A stretch of 64,000 nt of DNA from Methylotenera sp. (lineage in GTDB: Bacteria > Pseudomonadota > Gammaproteobacteria > Burkholderiales > Methylophilaceae), in NCBI GenBank assembly GCA_044222005.1, contig JBGANY010000002.1, positions 82,426 to 146,425 on the forward strand, written 5' to 3'. Under the pieces are notes generated by a model, which made no database searches, had not been told where the DNA came from, and saw only the letters and a list, made by a program, of their open reading frames with translations. Of this stretch, positions 61,209 through 64,000 are shown piece after piece. The position numbers were made by a program, and so were the translations under genes. The first letter of the stretch is position 1; the number at the start of each line of letters is the position of its first letter.

Positions 61209-61712
61209 TTATGGCTTTACAACCAAGCCATTGCTGACCGATTTAACGCCTTTTACGCTCGCCGCGATTTGTCCTGCGCGTGTTTTGGTAGCTTCATTAT
61301 CGACAAAACCGCTTAGCACGACAATGTTATCTTTGGTTTCTACGCTGACTTTAAAACTTTTAATGCCTTTTTCAAGCAGGTATTTGGATTTTATTTTTGC
61401 AGTAATTGCGCTGTCGCTGGCGGCTTGCTTGGCTTCTTTTTGCTGCACGGCTGATTTGTAAGTAGCGTATTCGTCTTCACTCAGGCTGCCATTGTGGTTT
61501 GTATCCGCTTTGCTGAACCCGCTAAAATCAAACAGGCTGTCTTTTTTAATTTCTTTGGCGTTCACTTTTCCATCGCCATCCACATCCAGCCGTTTAAAAT
61601 CGCGCTGATAGCTGGTCTGATTGATCTCGTCCGTCAGCGCCGCCAGCGCAGGCGTGCTTGCCAAGCCAATGACCAAACCAACAAGCATCAGTTCTGTTTT
61701 AGAAAAACGCAT
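61209..61712 (-). CDS. Periplasmic protein with two EF-hand Ca-binding loops and a C-terminal BON domain
   Basis: Signal peptide ending ALAA. Canonical EF loops DVDGDGKVNAKE and DTNHNGSLSEDE. BON-like C terminus (VSVETKDNIVVLSGFVDNEATKTRAGQIAASVKGVKSVSNGLVV). Confidence 0.7.
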   Translation of the reverse strand: MRFSKTELMLVGLVIGLASTPALAALTDEINQTSYQRDFKRLDVDGDGKVNAKEIKKDSLFDFSGFSKADTNHNGSLSEDEYATYKSAVQQKEAKQAASDSAITAKIKSKYLLEKGIKSFKVSVETKDNIVVLSGFVDNEATKTRAGQIAASVKGVKSVSNGLVVKP

Positions 61713-61727
61713 ATTTCACCCCAATAT

Positions 61728-62777
61728 TTAAAGTAACTTCCAGTGCACTTGCTGCCCGGCCCTTAGTGGTACTAGACTGTCGCTGCCCATCGGTAGTTCA
61801 TTTGGCACCTGCCAGCTGGCTTTTTGCAGCGTGATTTTATCGGCATTTCGCGGCAGTCCGTAAAAATCCGCGCCATAAAAACTGGCAAAGGCTTCCAGTT
61901 TGTCCGGCGCGTTCGCTGCCTCAAACGCTTCGGCATACAGCTCAATCGCCGCATGAGCAGTATAAATACCGGCACAGCCACAAGCGGCTTCTTTAGTGTG
62001 TTTGGCATGTGGCGCGCTATCCGTACCCAAAAAAAATTTTGGGTTGCCGGACGTTGCCGCTTTGACTAATGCCAACCGATGTTCTTCGCGCTTCAAAACA
62101 GGCAGGCAATAGTGATGCGGGCGAATGCCACCAACAAACATGTCATTACGATTCATCAGCAAATGGTGAGCGGTAATGGTCGCCGCAACATTGGCTGACG
62201 CGCTTGTCACGAAATCTGCGGCATCTTTGGTGGTGATATGCTCAAACACCACTTTCAGCGCTGGGAAGCGTTTGATTAAAGGCGCCATGTGGCGGTCGAT
62301 AAATACTTTTTCGCGGTCGAACACATCCACATCCGCATCGGTCACTTCCGCATGCACCAGCAATGGCATACCGACTTCTTGCATGGCTTGCAGCGCGGCA
62401 TCGCATTTAAGCAAATCCGTCACGCCGGAATCCGAGTTGGTCGTAGCACCTGCCGGATAAAGCTTTACGCCGTGAATGATGCCGCTTGTTTTGGCCCTTT
62501 TAATTTCATCAGCACTGGTATTGTCTGTAAGATACTGCGTCATCAGCGGCTCAAAAACCATTCCTTGCGGCAGGGCGCTCAGAATTCGCTGGCGATAAGC
62601 GGCCGCCAGCTCGGTGGAAGTCACCGGCGGGCGCAGATTGGGCATCACAATCGCGCGCGCAAATTGCCGCACCGTATCAGGCAACACAGCCTGAAGCGCA
62701 GCGCCATCACGCAAGTGCAAGTGCCAATCGTCAGGGCGCGTGATGGTGAGGTTTTTTGTCATCGACATATCCTTCAT
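61728..62777 (-). CDS. pyrC: Dihydroorotase (homodimeric type)
   Basis: [12 protein letters not shown] motif and FLGTDSAPH. 349 aa. Confidence 0.93.
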   Translation of the reverse strand: MKDMSMTKNLTITRPDDWHLHLRDGAALQAVLPDTVRQFARAIVMPNLRPPVTSTELAAAYRQRILSALPQGMVFEPLMTQYLTDNTSADEIKRAKTSGIIHGVKLYPAGATTNSDSGVTDLLKCDAALQAMQEVGMPLLVHAEVTDADVDVFDREKVFIDRHMAPLIKRFPALKVVFEHITTKDAADFVTSASANVAATITAHHLLMNRNDMFVGGIRPHHYCLPVLKREEHRLALVKAATSGNPKFFLGTDSAPHAKHTKEAACGCAGIYTAHAAIELYAEAFEAANAPDKLEAFASFYGADFYGLPRNADKITLQKASWQVPNELPMGSDSLVPLRAGQQVHWKLL

Positions 62778-63616
62778 TTTTTAATCTTTAAAGCCAAATC
62801 GTAAAGCGCATTTTTCTTTTCATTCGTGATTTCTGTCGCCAATTTAACCGCCTGTTTCAGCGGCAATTCCGCCAGCAGGCATTTTAATACACGTTGCGCA
62901 TCCTCACTAATCTCTGTTGCTTCTGGCAAAGGCGCAGCTTCGATAAGTAACACGAACTCGCCCCGCTGCTGATTAGCATCGGCCTGCAGCCACGCACTGG
63001 CAAGGCTGAGCGGGCAGGTGTAAATCGTTTCAAACGTCTTTGTCAGTTCACGCGCAAACGTGATGCGGCGTTCGCCGCCCAATATCGCATTCAAATCTGC
63101 GATACATTCCACAATGCGGTGCGGTGCTTCGTAAAACACCAACGTCACAGTTTGAGCCGCCAATTCTTGCAATATCTTGCGCCGCGCCGCGCCACTGGCA
63201 GGCAAAAATCCATAAAAAAGAAAACCATTCTGCGTGATGCCGCTGGCCGACAAAGCAGCAATCACCGCACTTGCACCAGGAATCGGCACCACTTTCACAC
63301 CAGCTTTACGCACCAAATCTACCACCACCGCGCCCGGGTCGCTAATGCCGGGCGTACCCGCGTCCGTCACCAGTGCGATATTTTCACCTGCTTTGAGCTG
63401 CATCAATAATTTTTCGGCAGACTGATGTTCGTTATGCTCATGCAACGCGATGAGTTTTTTGCTGACGCCAAAATGCCACAACAGGCCTGAAGTGTGGCGC
63501 GTATCCTCGGCCGCGATCGCATCCACGCTTTTTAATGTTTCCAGCGCACGCAGAGTGATGTCACCCAAATTACCGATTGGTGTGGCGACCACATATAATA
63601 TGCCTTCTTGCTTCAT
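62774..63616 (-). CDS. rsmI: 16S rRNA (cytidine1402-2'-O)-methyltransferase
   Basis: [19 protein letters not shown] motif, tetrapyrrole-methylase-like fold. 280 aa. Confidence 0.93.
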   Translation of the reverse strand: MKQEGILYVVATPIGNLGDITLRALETLKSVDAIAAEDTRHTSGLLWHFGVSKKLIALHEHNEHQSAEKLLMQLKAGENIALVTDAGTPGISDPGAVVVDLVRKAGVKVVPIPGASAVIAALSASGITQNGFLFYGFLPASGAARRKILQELAAQTVTLVFYEAPHRIVECIADLNAILGGERRITFARELTKTFETIYTCPLSLASAWLQADANQQRGEFVLLIEAAPLPEATEISEDAQRVLKCLLAELPLKQAVKLATEITNEKKNALYDLALKIKK

Positions 63617-63650
63617 ATTTTTAATTCTAAGCTAAAGCCATCATAACGCC

Positions 63651-64000
63651 TATGTTATTAAACAAAAACAACGCCGGTCTGGAAGCGGAAAAATTAGCTG
63701 CAACTTTTTTGACGAACCACGGCCTTAAGCTTGTAACGCAGAATTATCATTGCCGGTTTGGTGAAATTGATTTGATCATGAAAGATGCCCAGACCCTTGT
63801 GTTTATTGAGGTACGGCTCAGAAGCAACAGCCAGTTTGGCAACGCGGCCAGCAGCATTACGCCGCAAAAACAGAAAAAACTGATTTTGACAGCTCAACAT
63901 TATTTACAGCAACATGGCCCAAGTGCTTGTCGTTTTGATGCTATTTTAATGCACACAAACGACTTGCAAAGCATCGAGTGGATACGTAATGCATTTGACG
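63651..64000 (+). CDS. yraN: YraN-family (UPF0102) endonuclease-like protein, partial at the right edge
   Basis: My own translation from the ATG at 63651 gives MLLNKNNAGLEAEKLAATFLTNHGLKLVTQNYHCRFGEIDLIMKD...LVFIEVRLRS...KQKKLILTAQHYL...RFDAIL, the YraN pattern. It is divergent from rsmI, as in many proteobacteria. No stop codon occurs before the window ends. Confidence 0.75.

Noticed and set aside
60884-61237. 117-aa plus-strand ORF in the mraZ-upstream gap.
   Set aside because: It overlaps the RNase P RNA gene on the opposite strand, and the region is explained by rnpB.

Overview
The window looks like a core chromosomal segment of a betaproteobacterium. The lineage call is an inference from synteny (rnpB directly upstream of mraZ, murB inside the dcw cluster, a tkt-gap-pgk-pyk block) and cannot be confirmed here. 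No transposase, integrase, phage gene, CRISPR array, tRNA or rRNA was seen.

Gene content, left to right:
- bamC (partial) and dapA (-).
- rnfABCDGE-nth (+).
- A seven-gene plus-strand block: FIST sensor, DUF1841, ECF sigma, minimal zinc anti-sigma, a Sec-exported Cys-repeat peptide, a DUF692 (MNIO) enzyme and a DUF2063 partner.
- DUF1289-secA-M23 peptidase (-), then a DUF721/DciA-like gene and the H+-pyrophosphatase hppA (+).
- A membrane-anchored LuxR regulator divergent from cytochrome b and VIT1.
- ppa, dedA, DUF1232, purC, pyk, pgk, gap, tkt, a Gfo/Idh/MocA oxidoreductase and a thioredoxin-fold protein (all -).
- rsmE, an XRE-HTH::ArgA fusion, argB, a HAD nucleotidase, slmA, a hemerythrin-like protein and DUF2788 (+).
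- cca, an NDUFA9-like reductase, slt, a small membrane ORF, lpxC and the complete dcw cluster from ftsZ back to mraZ (-).
- RNase P RNA (-), which the ORF track does not show.
- An EF-hand/BON protein, pyrC and rsmI (-), then yraN (+, partial).

Most interesting:
1. The sigma/anti-sigma-linked MNIO RiPP-type cluster at about 8.4-12.8 kb. Its precursor mixes GKCG motifs with tandem KEGNCSAEMK modules. It is related to the HvfABC and bufferin metallophore systems but differs in core motif and regulatory context.
2. A family of roughly 120-145 bp hairpin-forming intergenic repeats, with three copies in the window.
3. An N-terminal XRE-HTH fused to N-acetylglutamate synthase. A perfect 41-bp palindrome covers its -10 box and start codon.
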